The position numbers were made by a program, and so were the translations under genes. A stretch of 64,000 nt of DNA from an uncultured Verrucomicrobiae bacterium (GTDB lineage: Bacteria; Verrucomicrobiota; Verrucomicrobiia; Chthoniobacterales; JAFAMB01): positions 64,001 through 128,000 of the forward strand of contig CAWEXO010000013.1 of NCBI GenBank assembly GCA_963813025.1, read 5' to 3'. Below are positions 30,324 through 40,543 of this stretch, piece by piece (within the stretch, counting starts at the first letter, position 1; each line of letters begins with the position of its first letter). The notes under the pieces were generated by a model. That model was given only the letters and a program-made list of their open reading frames with translations. It had not been told where the DNA came from and made no database searches.

Positions 30324-30601
30324 CTTTTTCCCTTGCCAGACCTGCTCAGATACTGCCCTACCGGCACAGGGGCTTGCTCATCGTCGGAGCATCGGCATTC
30401 TCACCGGTTGTCTTTGAACAAGCTACAAGATCTCATCCTTAGGGGAAGACGTTTCGCTTTCGGGTGCAGATGGTGACGATGCAAAGCATTATGATGAGAA
30501 AAATGTTGCCAGAGCCGATACCCGAACCAGGCTCACTGATCGTGCCAAGATTGCGGATCTGGGCGTTCACGTTACACTAAACTTTTCCAAGGTGTTTTCT
30601 T

Positions 30602-31153
30602 ATGCTGGAAGATGTTCGAGTGATCATTCATACCGCTAAGGGCGACCTGGAAGCGACGCTCTTTCCGTCCAAAGCCCCGCTCGCGGTTGCCAATTTCCTG
30701 AACCTGGCGCAGCGAAAATATTTCGACGGTCTGACGTTTCACCGGGTTGTCCCGCGGTTCGTCATTCAAGGTGGGGATCCTGTGGGCAATGGGACTGGTG
30801 ATCCTGGGTATCGGTTCGAGAATGAGATTGATCGCACGCTCTCTCATCAACAGGTCGGAACGCTCGCCATGGCGAATGCTGGCCCCGACACCAATGGCAG
30901 CCAATTCTATGTCACGCTTGCGCCGCTTCAGCCTGGGCACGTGAAAGCATTGGACGGCAAGTACACGATCTTCGGTCAAGTCACCAATGGCATGGACGTG
31001 GCAAACCGTGTGGAGCAGGGAGACAAGATCCTTTCGATCGCTATTCTTGATCCGACCCCGCCCGTGCTCGAGGCGCAGAAAGATCGACTGGCGAAATGGA
31101 ACAAGGCTCTGGATCGCAAATTCGGATCTCGCCTCGGACCGATTGCCGGATGA
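30602..31153 (+). CDS. Cyclophilin-type peptidyl-prolyl isomerase
   Basis: FHRVVPRFVIQGGDP, MANAGPDTNGSQFY. Confidence 0.94.
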   Translation: MLEDVRVIIHTAKGDLEATLFPSKAPLAVANFLNLAQRKYFDGLTFHRVVPRFVIQGGDPVGNGTGDPGYRFENEIDRTLSHQQVGTLAMANAGPDTNGSQFYVTLAPLQPGHVKALDGKYTIFGQVTNGMDVANRVEQGDKILSIAILDPTPPVLEAQKDRLAKWNKALDRKFGSRLGPIAG

Positions 31154-32127
31154 GTCTGTTCACATCCGACTACGACTATGCCTTGCCTGAGGAGCTGATC
31201 GCTCAATATCCGCCGGAACGCCGGGGCCAATCACGTTTGATGGTTCTGGATCGGGCAAACCAAAGTGTAACTCATCATTCGTTTTCCGAATTGCCTGATC
31301 TTCTCTGGCCAGGTGAGCTGGTCGTTCTCAACGATACCCGGGTGATCCCCGCGCGAATCCATCTGCCGGATCGGAGCGCGGAAATTCTTTTACTGGAACA
31401 AATCGACGCCACCACGTGGCGATCGCTCGTTCGGCCGGGAAGATGGTTCAGCGTCGGACGAAGATTTGCGTTGGGCGGGATCAACGGCGAAGTCCTCGGG
31501 ATCACCGAGCAAGGCTATCGGGTGATCCGGTTTGACCAGTCGCCCGACCTGGAGGCGATTGGCGAGGTACCACTGCCACCTTATCTGAACCGGGCTGCTG
31601 AGCCTATCGATCGGGAACGGTACCAAACGGTCTTCGCGAGACGCCCGGGTGCGGTAGCGGCCCCGACGGCAGGATTGCATTTTACCGAGGGTATCCTTCG
31701 AAGAGTGCCGCACGTCTATATCACTCTCGAGGTCGGACCCGGTACTTTCCAACCGGTGAAAGTGGAGCGCATCACCGATCACTCTATGCATTGGGAAACT
31801 TTCGAAGTGACCTCGGCGGCGGCAAAAAAGCTTCAAGAGGCCGAAAGCGTTCTGGCCGTAGGAACAACCACGGTCCGAGTGCTGGAGACTCTAGCCAAAC
31901 CCGGCTCGATCATCCCGGGCCGGAGCAAAACCGACATCTTCATCCATCCGCCGTTCACTTTTCGGCGCGTGAACAGTCTCTTAACCAATTTTCATTTGCC
32001 GCGCTCGACTCTGCTGATGCTCGTTGCGGCATTTGCCGGCCGGGAGTTTATCCTCGAGGCGTATCGGCAAGCGATCGGGGCGCGATACCGTTTCTTCAGT
32101 TACGGCGATTGCATGTTGATCAGGTGA
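31150..32127 (+). CDS. queA: S-adenosylmethionine:tRNA ribosyltransferase-isomerase
   Basis: LIAQYP, NDTRVIPAR, AAPTAGLHF, TNFHLPRSTL, FFSYGD. Confidence 0.95.
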   Translation: MSLFTSDYDYALPEELIAQYPPERRGQSRLMVLDRANQSVTHHSFSELPDLLWPGELVVLNDTRVIPARIHLPDRSAEILLLEQIDATTWRSLVRPGRWFSVGRRFALGGINGEVLGITEQGYRVIRFDQSPDLEAIGEVPLPPYLNRAAEPIDRERYQTVFARRPGAVAAPTAGLHFTEGILRRVPHVYITLEVGPGTFQPVKVERITDHSMHWETFEVTSAAAKKLQEAESVLAVGTTTVRVLETLAKPGSIIPGRSKTDIFIHPPFTFRRVNSLLTNFHLPRSTLLMLVAAFAGREFILEAYRQAIGARYRFFSYGDCMLIR

Positions 32128-32149
32128 GACTCCAGCTCGCGCCCAGTCA

Positions 32150-32626
32150 CTAATCTCCTGGCTCGTAGTAGCCGGTCTCCGCCATGGTGAAAACCTTTTG
32201 TTGCGGCTTAATGACCCATTTCCCCGTGTCAGGATAAGCGATGACATCGACCAGGCTGTGATCAGCAACGACAAAGTAGGTGAGCTCGCTTTTGCTGGTG
32301 TTCAGAATCTGGTGCGCTTCTCCGGGCTTGAACATAATGCTCTGGCCCTCTTCAACGGCCGCCGTGTATTCGGCGCCCCGCACGCTGCCATGGCCTTTAA
32401 TGAAAATGTACAACTCCCATTGGGCCGAGTGGGCATGAAATGGAAAGTTAGCCGCACCTGGAGGCAGGCGAAAATACTCGACGTCGAAGGGATGTCCACC
32501 GCCCCAGGTGCCAACATCCTTTATCCCTCCTAGAGCCTGGGAAATCGATTGGCGCACGAGATCATACTTTCCGTGTGGCGATCGAACCTCTCGGCCGGGA
32601 ATTTCCGAAAGCTTAGCAATTTTCAT
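32150..32626 (-). CDS. Cupin domain protein
   Basis: PFHAHSAQWE...PGEAHQ cupin motifs. Confidence 0.85.
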   Translation of the reverse strand: MKIAKLSEIPGREVRSPHGKYDLVRQSISQALGGIKDVGTWGGGHPFDVEYFRLPPGAANFPFHAHSAQWELYIFIKGHGSVRGAEYTAAVEEGQSIMFKPGEAHQILNTSKSELTYFVVADHSLVDVIAYPDTGKWVIKPQQKVFTMAETGYYEPGD

Positions 32627-32859
32627 TTAACCTTGATTCTTTCGGCGCACTTTCGGCAGTCGGGATTGCGATAAACACGGATAGTTTTCATTGATAGATG
32701 TTAGAGATCTTCATCCGGTCGGCAAAAAAGACGAAGACGAGCAAAGCGGTAAAACGATCGGCTTTCATGCGGCTTGTGTGCCTGGCTTGGCGCTCACCCT
32801 TTGGTCATGGCGGGTTGCAACCCGTCCGAATCGAATTTCGGTGTTCAAGGACTTTAGTG

Positions 32860-33345
32860 TTACCGGCGTTTTATCCGGAAGAAGCGCTGCAACAAATCCC
32901 GGCATTCCGCCTCGCGCACGCCGGCCGTAATTTCACAACGATGGTTCAGGGCCGGCATCTGCAATAAATTGATCACGCTTCCGGCTGCGCCGGCTTTGGG
33001 ATCTGCACAGCCGAAAATGACGCGGCGCAGCCTGGCATGGACAATCGCTCCGGCGCACATCGGGCAAGGTTCTTTGGTTATGTAGAGATCGCAATCGATT
33101 AAGCGCCAGTCATCGATCACGCTCTCGGCCTGGGTGATAGCCAGCATTTCCGCATGGGCGGTGGCGTCCCGCAAAGTCCCGACCTGGTTCCAGGCGCGAG
33201 CGATGATCGAGCCGGCGCGAACAATCACCGCGCCGACGGGCACTTCTTGCTGCTTTTCCGCCTTGCGAGCCTGGCGCAGAGCTTCACCGACAAAGTATTG
33301 ATCGCTCGAAAAATCGGGCAGCTCTTCCATCTTTAAGAGGTACAA
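32860..33345 (-). CDS. tadA: tRNA adenosine(34) deaminase
   Basis: EVPVGAVIV, AHAEM, EPCPMCAGA. Confidence 0.93.
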   Translation of the reverse strand: MYLLKMEELPDFSSDQYFVGEALRQARKAEKQQEVPVGAVIVRAGSIIARAWNQVGTLRDATAHAEMLAITQAESVIDDWRLIDCDLYITKEPCPMCAGAIVHARLRRVIFGCADPKAGAAGSVINLLQMPALNHRCEITAGVREAECRDLLQRFFRIKRR

Positions 33346-33357
33346 TATGGCGAAACG

Positions 33358-34017
33358 ATGAGCGCGAAACCAATCCTCGTAGCCGCCTCGGTCCTCTCCG
33401 CCGATTTTACGCAGCTAGGTCACGAATGCGCCCGGCTGGAGACGGCCGGAGCCGATTGGCTGCATCTCGACGTCATGGACGGTCATTTCGTCGATAATAT
33501 CTCCTTCGGGCAGCCGATCATTGAAGCGGTCAAAAAAATCGCCAACGTTCCGCTGGATGCCCATCTGATGATTGAAAGGCCGGATCATTTTTTCCCACGT
33601 TTTGTTGGGTTGGTTAACAATATCACGATCCACGTGGAGCCGTCCTACGATGTCGCGGGCACTTTACGGGGGATAAGAGCAGCCGGCTGCACGGCTGGCC
33701 TGGCCCTGAGCCCACCCACCTCGTTCGCGCACGTTGAACCATACCTCGACGCGATCGATCTGCTGTTGGTCATGACGGTTAATCCGGGCTTTGGCGGCCA
33801 GGCGTTTATTCCTGAGATGATGGCCAAGGTGCGGCAAGCCGTGGCAATCCGGACGGACCGCAACCTTCATTTTCATATCGAGGTCGATGGCGGAATCCAT
33901 CCGGGTACTGCTGAGGTGGCGCGAGCGGCCGGCGCAAATGTCTTGGTCGCCGGGACAGGAGCCTTTAAGGCACGCGAGGCGGCCGTAGCGATTCAGGAGT
34001 TGCGGGGCGCGGCTTGA
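33358..34017 (+). CDS. rpe: Ribulose-phosphate 3-epimerase
   Basis: HLDVMDGHFV, MTVNPGFGGQ, EVDGG. Confidence 0.95.
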   Translation: MSAKPILVAASVLSADFTQLGHECARLETAGADWLHLDVMDGHFVDNISFGQPIIEAVKKIANVPLDAHLMIERPDHFFPRFVGLVNNITIHVEPSYDVAGTLRGIRAAGCTAGLALSPPTSFAHVEPYLDAIDLLLVMTVNPGFGGQAFIPEMMAKVRQAVAIRTDRNLHFHIEVDGGIHPGTAEVARAAGANVLVAGTGAFKAREAAVAIQELRGAA

Positions 34018-34019
34018 GA

Positions 34020-34448
34020 ATGCGGATGTTTTCCGACGATGTTTTGTCAAGGACGGGTGGATTATTCGGGGTATTTCTGATGCTGACTGCCCTGGTCTGG
34101 GGTGGGGTCGTGCCGAGTCACGTTGCAGCGCAGGAAAGCCGGATTCAGAACCGCTTTTTTATTTCCTCTCGCGCTTACCATCATATCGTCGACCGGCACT
34201 GGCCCGACAGCCCTGCACCTGGCGCCGGGAAATTCCTACCGGGAATTAGCCGGAAGGAGCTCTACGCGCTCATCGACGAAGCAACGGCAAATGCCGAGCC
34301 CCGGCTGAACACCAACGGACGGCCCGGCGAGATCTACGAGTATGATTTCCGACGGGTCATCGGCCGCGATATTCGCGGTAATCCGGCCAGTCGTCTGCGG
34401 GTTGTCGTTGGTTCGCGCAATCAAGTGATCACGGCTTTCCCGTTTTAG
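34020..34448 (+). CDS. Secreted protein with toxin-like RNase domain (putative)
   Basis: Hydrophobic leader ending VAA-Q; HIVDRH...GKF...VITAFP pattern resembling polymorphic-toxin C-termini. Confidence 0.5.
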   Translation: MRMFSDDVLSRTGGLFGVFLMLTALVWGGVVPSHVAAQESRIQNRFFISSRAYHHIVDRHWPDSPAPGAGKFLPGISRKELYALIDEATANAEPRLNTNGRPGEIYEYDFRRVIGRDIRGNPASRLRVVVGSRNQVITAFPF

Positions 34449-34500
34449 AAAACATGATGGTTGCCTCACGCGAACCAGCAGCCAACCGGCGGAGCAGTCC

Positions 34501-34942
34501 ATGAAATTGAGCTATCGACTGAACGAAGAGCGGTCCGAGCAGGCGTCGAATATGAGACACGCGGAGGAGGACGAATTTCGCTATGATTTCGCGCTCGGCG
34601 ATTTGCTCCTGGAAGGGTCAGGAACGGATCTCAGTGCCCGGTGGGGTTGGGTACCGCTTCTCGATTTTTTTCTCGTGCCAAACAATCACCCAAGCGTTGG
34701 GGACCGGTAACCCCCGGCAGCGTTTTGAGTTTACGGAATCCGATGCCGTCATTGATTTTCAAATGAAGGGCGGGGAAATCGTGATTTCGGCTTCGTACGC
34801 TCCGGGTGAGATCAGATCTGGACTGGCTGAGTTTCAGCGTCACGTCACCAGATTCGGACAACGTCTTACGAGAGATCTTTTGGCGAAATACCCGGAGCTC
34901 GCCGAGAACGAGTGGTTCAAGACACGGGTGCTGGATCGATAG
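34501..34942 (+). CDS. Hypothetical protein, candidate immunity protein; frameshift in the T-run near 34665-34672
   Basis: ORFs 34501-34710 and 34583-34942 join at a homopolymer into one protein of about 146 aa directly after the toxin-like gene. Confidence 0.45.
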
Positions 34943-35007
34943 AGCGGCTTGAGGGGGCCTGAGCAGCATGAGCAGCATGAGCAGCTTGAGCGGCTCGAGC
35001 GACCTGA
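34942..35007 (+). repeat. Degenerate 9-nt tandem repeat (GAGCAGCAT-like, about 7 units)
   Basis: GAGCGGCTT GAGGGGGCCT GAGCAGCAT GAGCAGCAT GAGCAGCTT GAGCGGCTC GAGCGACCT. Confidence 0.75.
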
Positions 35008-35235
35008 ATCGTCGCGCCGGTCCTCGTTGAAGGCGAACTGGCGACAATCTGTGGCGTAGTCGGGAGCTCATTCCCACGCCAATCGCCCGGTGGCGTACTA
35101 CAGATTACCCAAAGTCCGACAGACCCGGGAAGCCTGTACCACTTCTTCCGAAATGAGACGGGCATCTTCGCCCGTCAAAAAAACCTGAGAAGCTGGAAGA
35201 CGTTCTATGGGTTTTCAAGGGGGATTTTGCGCAAA

Positions 35236-36519
35236 TTAATTGCAATTAATTTCTTGGAATCGGAGGACCCAGGAACCGTGTTTGACTTGATTGCGGTGGT
35301 GTAACTCTGGGTTGTACGGTGTTGCGATCTAGCCACATTTTATGGATGATTTTAAGCCAGCGTTGTCCCAGAGCAGCGTAAGGCGTCTGGCATGGGAATG
35401 GTCTTTCGCGCGGTGGGCTTTGTAGTAGATCTGGGCCCAGGCACAGCGCCTAAGACTTTGTTCGGCAAAACAGATGGACGGCGTGACGGAGGTATTGTCA
35501 CAAGCCCAGCGCTGATGGCACTCCCAATGTCTGCCGGAGCGTTTGGTCACTGGTGCAGTGCCTGCGAAGCACTGGAGGTTTTGGGCATCCGCCCTCGAAG
35601 CGTTCCCGATCATCGCCAATCTCGGCTAACAAGCGCGGAGCGAGCTTAGGGCCCAGCGCCAGGTAAGGAGCCGAACAGGTCATGATCGGGATGGGACTGG
35701 AAAAGTTCTTCGATCCGTTTGCGGTACAGTCCAAGCTGGTTTTCAACGGCAAAAAGCATTTCCACCAGACTAAGGGTCAACATGCTTTTGGCGTTAGTCG
35801 GTCGGTTCGCTGCCACAGAACTCGGTGGCTTTGGCAAAGAGTTCCATCCGGCGTGGGCCGCTTTCGTTGCGCCAAAGATGCCGACTATGCAGGAACTTTT
35901 CCCACTGCCGCTTGCCGGCCTTTTCCAGAAGCTGAGGCGTGGGGAAACGCTGCAAAAACATCCAGGCTGAAGGTCGCACTCCAGTCTTCGAAGGCTTCCA
36001 AAGCGTCGGATAGTACTCTGCCAAGGCATGGCGCAACTGATTGATAAAGGCGGTGCGCTGTTCAATGAGCCCGACCTCATCGCGGCAGAGTAGCCGGAGC
36101 TCTTTGATCAGAGGATCCTCCGGACGAAGTGGCTTCCAGTTCTGACCGTCCAGACGCAAGGCGTCGGCAAAACTCCAGGCATCGAGTCGGTCGTCTTTGA
36201 CCCCGCTGGGCGCCTTGCGTTGTCGGTAGGCTTGAGCGCTCTTGGGGTTAAGTGGATAAACCTGCATCCCGGCTTCCAACAGTTGCTCCACGGCCGGCCC
36301 TTGGCTGGTCTCGATCGCAAAAGGAATCGAGCCGTAGGGCTTGATCCGTTCACGGAATTTCTTCCAGCCTAAAGCCGAGTGTTCGATCTCGAAGTCTTCG
36401 ACCACCTTACCTTGGGGGTCGACGACGACGACGGAGTGTTTTTGACTGGCCCAATCTAGTCCACCAAAACCACGGTTTTCTAGCCAACTGCCTGATTCTT
36501 GACTTGGGGGATTATTCAT
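35236..36519 (-). pseudogene. IS110 family transposase, multiple frameshifts
   Basis: GGLDWA, AIET, VKDDRLDA, SLPGAGP and AGTAPVTKRSG motifs spread over several frames. Confidence 0.88.
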
Positions 36520-36554
36520 CGCTGTAAATGGCCTTTTTTTCTGTTGTCGTCGCT

Positions 36555-36700
36555 TTGCCCTGCCATCCATCGAGCTGATATAGTGGCCTTCTTGAGGCTT
36601 CGTTCTATTAGATGTTGCGGCAAGGGCCTCCGGCTCGCCCGGTAGTCTATTTCCAATCCTCTTGGGGTTAGCAGGCTGACCGTGATCGAGCCGAGGCAGG
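36555..36700 (-). ncRNA. Predicted bridge RNA of IS110 element 2 (ends approximate)
   Basis: Minus strand: ATAGAACG (36608-36601) equals the right end; ATATCAG (36581-36575) is the reverse complement of core plus left end; upstream stem CTCGGCTCG/CGAGCCGGAG encloses candidate target guides. Confidence 0.7.
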
Positions 36701-36815
36701 ACGTCCGCCGACAATATTTTCGCCCGCGGCGGAGTTATTCACAACCTCGCTTCGCCTGGCTTGGGCGGCCGCTTCGCTCGGTCATGAATAACTCCGAAAC
36801 TGATATCAGCTTGTC

Positions 36816-37924
36816 CTAAGAGATGACCTTCTCCGGATTGAGACTAGTCAAATCATCCGGCACAAAGAGGCCGTCCTTCCGCACCAGCTTGTCGATCGAA
36901 ATAGATTTCGCCTCCGCCGTATTCCGGACGCTGGATACAGACCAAGTCCCAATGAACCTGACTGCGGTTGCCGTTGTCAGCCCGTTCGTACGCTTGTCCC
37001 GGAGTAAAATGGAAGGAGCCGGCAATCTTTTCGTCGAACAGAATGTCTCGCATTGGCTCCCGGATATAGGGATTAAAGCCAAGAGCGAATTCGCCGATGT
37101 ACCGAGCGCCTTCGTCTGAATCCAGAATCGCGTTGAGTCCTTTGTGATTATTTGCGTGGCCTCGATCATTTGCCGTTTTTGAAAGCAAGGCGAACGGAAT
37201 CAAAGGCCGTTCCCTGGTAGACCGTTGGCGCATTGAACTGAATGTGACCTTTAACAGAATCTCGAACCGGCGAGGAAAAAACCTCGCCATCGGGAATATT
37301 GGCCGGCCGCCGCACACGATCGCAGGAATGCCTTTAATGCTGAAGCGAAGATCGGTTCCCGGTCCGATGATTTGGACTTGATCCGTTTTCCATCAAGTTT
37401 TGAGAGCCTCCATGCCGGGATCCATCTTGGAGTAATCGAGTGTGCAAACCTTGAAATACAAATCTTCAAAGGCCTCGGTGCTCATCCCGGCCATTTGCGC
37501 CATCGCCGGCGTCGGCCATCGCAACACGACCCATTTCGTTTTGTTAACCCGATGGTCAACCGCCGGTTGAATCAATTTCATCGCCGAAGCATAATTTCGG
37601 AAGGCACATCCGAAAATTCGGTAATGTTATGGCTGCCCCGGAATCGCGACATACGCATCCATCAAAGCCATTCGGCTTAATTCGTACTCAGCCGTCGTTT
37701 GAAACTGCGCTTCTGGCAGCTCTACGGAGCAGTTCGCGATTGACGATGCCCGACTGCAAATTGACGAAAGGATGCGCTCCTCTTTCGCGCGAAGCGCGCA
37801 CTAGCGCAATAACCATTTCCGGAGGAACATCGAACGCGTCGATCAACACTCGTTCGCCTTTCTGAAGATGGGTAGAAAAACCCGTCAGGACCTCGGCAAG
37901 CTTCGTAAAACGCGGATCAAACAT
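36816..37924 (-). CDS. M29 family aminopeptidase (AmpS/PepS-like), several frameshifts
   Basis: [11 protein letters not shown] start, [39 protein letters not shown] across frames. Confidence 0.85.
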
Positions 37925-37980
37925 AATAGAAATTAGGGATAATCCAGGAACCCGGCATTGCAACTTTGGCAAAGCCGGTC

Positions 37981-38803
37981 CTATTCGCCCCGATACATCT
38001 TTTCCCCGGCGGTTACCCGGAGATCGAGGCGATTCTCTCGAGGCGCGAGCGGGCAGGTAGCATACGGGGTGAACGCGCAAGGCGGGTTGCGAGCCAGGTT
38101 GAAATCCAGGGCGATCATGCCCTCTCTGGGTAAAGGGGCGTCAAGGTAGCGCCCCGCGCCGTAAGTTTCCTTCCCATTGGTGAGATCGGCGAACATAAAA
38201 AAGAGAGACTCAGATGACTCTTGAACAGGGAACAGCTCGCAAGTGCGGCCCTCGCGCTGAAAAACGGCTTTGCCAGGGATCTTTTGTTTCTCCAGTGTTC
38301 CGATCGCCGAAAGAATTTCGATTTCCAGCGGTTCGCGAAAAGGTTGCCAATGTCCTTCGACCAACCAGGATTGATCGATCGGAAAATACTCGAGTCCCCG
38401 AAAGCCAACGCGATCTGCGGCCTGAGAATCTTCGACCCGGATCCCTTTCCTCCCGGCCCGCTCAATGGCGAATAAGCGGGTGGAGCCAAAAGACACTTCG
38501 GTCGCCTCGGGATGCGTATCGTCCAGCAATGCCGCCTCGAGCAGAGGTTTGCCGTCGATCAAAGCATTGGCTTCCGGCCGAAGAACGATATGAAGCGAAC
38601 CGTCGTCGGCCTGGGTAATAGAGCCCAGGCGCGGAGGTCCCACGCTTAATCTCACATTATTATCTGTGGCGGAACCGATCGTATTTTGACCAAGTTTCAA
38701 CCATTCGAGGCCAACCAGGCTGAGCCAGCCACCCGGTGCTTTAAGCTCGGCCAGCCGTTCCGACCGAAGTTGATTGATCCGATCGTTAAAATTGAAATCC
38801 ATC
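37981..38803 (-). CDS. DUF1684 family protein
   Basis: [40 protein letters not shown]. Confidence 0.85.
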
Positions 38804-38906
38804 ATTTTAAACTCAATCTCTCGCCGAACGCACAATTCGACAACTAGGAGCGGGAAGATAAGATCGAATGAAAACAGGCGATAAATGATTGGCGGCAAGG
38901 CTTCAC

Positions 38907-39377
38907 ATGAAAAAGTTGATCGCTCGATCTGAAATTCCAGCGCTGCGTAAACGGTATGCGGGAGGCAGCCTGGTTTTTACGAACGGCTGCTTTGACTTTC
39001 TGCACGTCGGTCACGTCCGATATCTGGCCGCCGCCCGGGAACTAGGGGACGCGTTGGTCGTGGGAGTGAATAGCGACGATTCAGTTCGACAGATCAAAGG
39101 GCCGAATCGTCCACTCAGCGATGAGAACGATCGCGCCGAAGTATTGGCCGGACTCGCTGCCGTGGATCATGTCGTTATTTTCAACGAACCGCGGGTAACG
39201 GCCTTGCTCCGCGAGCTTCGTCCCGAAGTTTACGTCAAAGGTGGAGACTACCGGATAGACACTTTGGATCACGAAGAGGTTCTCGTTTTGCGGGAGCTGG
39301 GCGCTCGCATCGAGCTTTTGCCTTTGGTCGCCGGTAAATCAACAACAGCGTTGATCGAGGCGATTCGACAACTATGA
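38907..39377 (+). CDS. rfaE2: D-glycero-beta-D-manno-heptose 1-phosphate adenylyltransferase
   Basis: FTNGCFDFLHVGH, VGVNSDDSV, KGGDY, STT. Confidence 0.88.
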   Translation: MKKLIARSEIPALRKRYAGGSLVFTNGCFDFLHVGHVRYLAAARELGDALVVGVNSDDSVRQIKGPNRPLSDENDRAEVLAGLAAVDHVVIFNEPRVTALLRELRPEVYVKGGDYRIDTLDHEEVLVLRELGARIELLPLVAGKSTTALIEAIRQL

Positions 39378-39970
39378 AACAAGTGCTGCGTCTGGGTATT
39401 CTCGGCTCGGGAAAAGGTTCCAATTTCCGGGCAATAATGAAACACATTCTGGACGGCAGGCTTTCCGCCCAATGCCGCCTGCTCATTTCGGATGTGAAAG
39501 ACTCCGGCATCCTGGGATTCGCGCGCGACTACCAGGTGCCGTCACTCTATGTAAAACCGGGACGGTTTCGCACAAAACTAGAGCCGGAGGTAGAGGCTGA
39601 CATTGTGCGCCTCCTGCAGGCCGAAGGAGTCGATCTGGTGGTCCTGGCCGGTTTTATGCGCGTGGTAAAAGAGCCACTTCTCCGAGCTTACCCACGGCGC
39701 ATGATCAATATCCATCCCTCGCTCCTTCCAAAATACCCGGGCCGAGAAGCTTGGAGACAAGCTCTCGCGGCCGGAGAATCAATCACCGGATGTACCGTGC
39801 ATTATGTGACGGAGAAGGTTGATGCCGGGGAAATCATCGCGCAACGAGAGGTACCTATCCATCCGGACGACACTCCGGAAACTTTGCATGCCAGGATCCA
39901 GGAGGCGGAGCACGAGCTACTGCCGGCGGTGATTGCCGAACTTGGCGGGTCGATTGGAGGAACGGGTTGA
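39374..39970 (+). CDS. purN: Phosphoribosylglycinamide formyltransferase
   Basis: SGKGSNF, LAGFMR, NIHPSLLP, GCTVHYV. Confidence 0.95.
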   Translation: MKQVLRLGILGSGKGSNFRAIMKHILDGRLSAQCRLLISDVKDSGILGFARDYQVPSLYVKPGRFRTKLEPEVEADIVRLLQAEGVDLVVLAGFMRVVKEPLLRAYPRRMINIHPSLLPKYPGREAWRQALAAGESITGCTVHYVTEKVDAGEIIAQREVPIHPDDTPETLHARIQEAEHELLPAVIAELGGSIGGTG

Positions 39971-40198
39971 GAGGTCGCACCTGTTGCGGGCGACGGCGCA
40001 CCAGGATGTAGGAGCTGCAATCTAGGATTTAGGAGTGGATCCCGCATTTCGCATGCACCTGGATTGTTGGAACGCTGGTACCGATAGCATCTACTAGATC
40101 CTATATTCTACATTCTAGCTCCTCAATCCGTCGCGCGGTCCAAGACACTCCGGCTAAACAGCAGCACTTGCCTTTTTCAGACTAGCCATTCAATCTAA

Positions 40199-40543
<345 letters not shown>

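Larger units (their letters stand above)
28658..30355 (+). mobile_element. IS110-family element 1 (apparently intact), inserted in a REP
   Basis: Ends defined by the split REP; no terminal inverted repeats; long left non-coding end; joined ends give TTGCCA-N17-TATAGC. Confidence 0.9.
35200..36809 (-). mobile_element. IS110-family element 2
   Basis: CT core at both junctions (plus-strand AG at 35198-35199 and 36808-36809); joined ends give TTGAAA-N17-TATCAG; internal guides match both ends. Confidence 0.8.

Noticed and set aside
28658..36809. Composite transposon formed by the two IS110 elements
   Set aside because: The elements are divergent, each has its own reconstructable site, and the enclosed genes are mostly housekeeping (queA, tadA, rpe).
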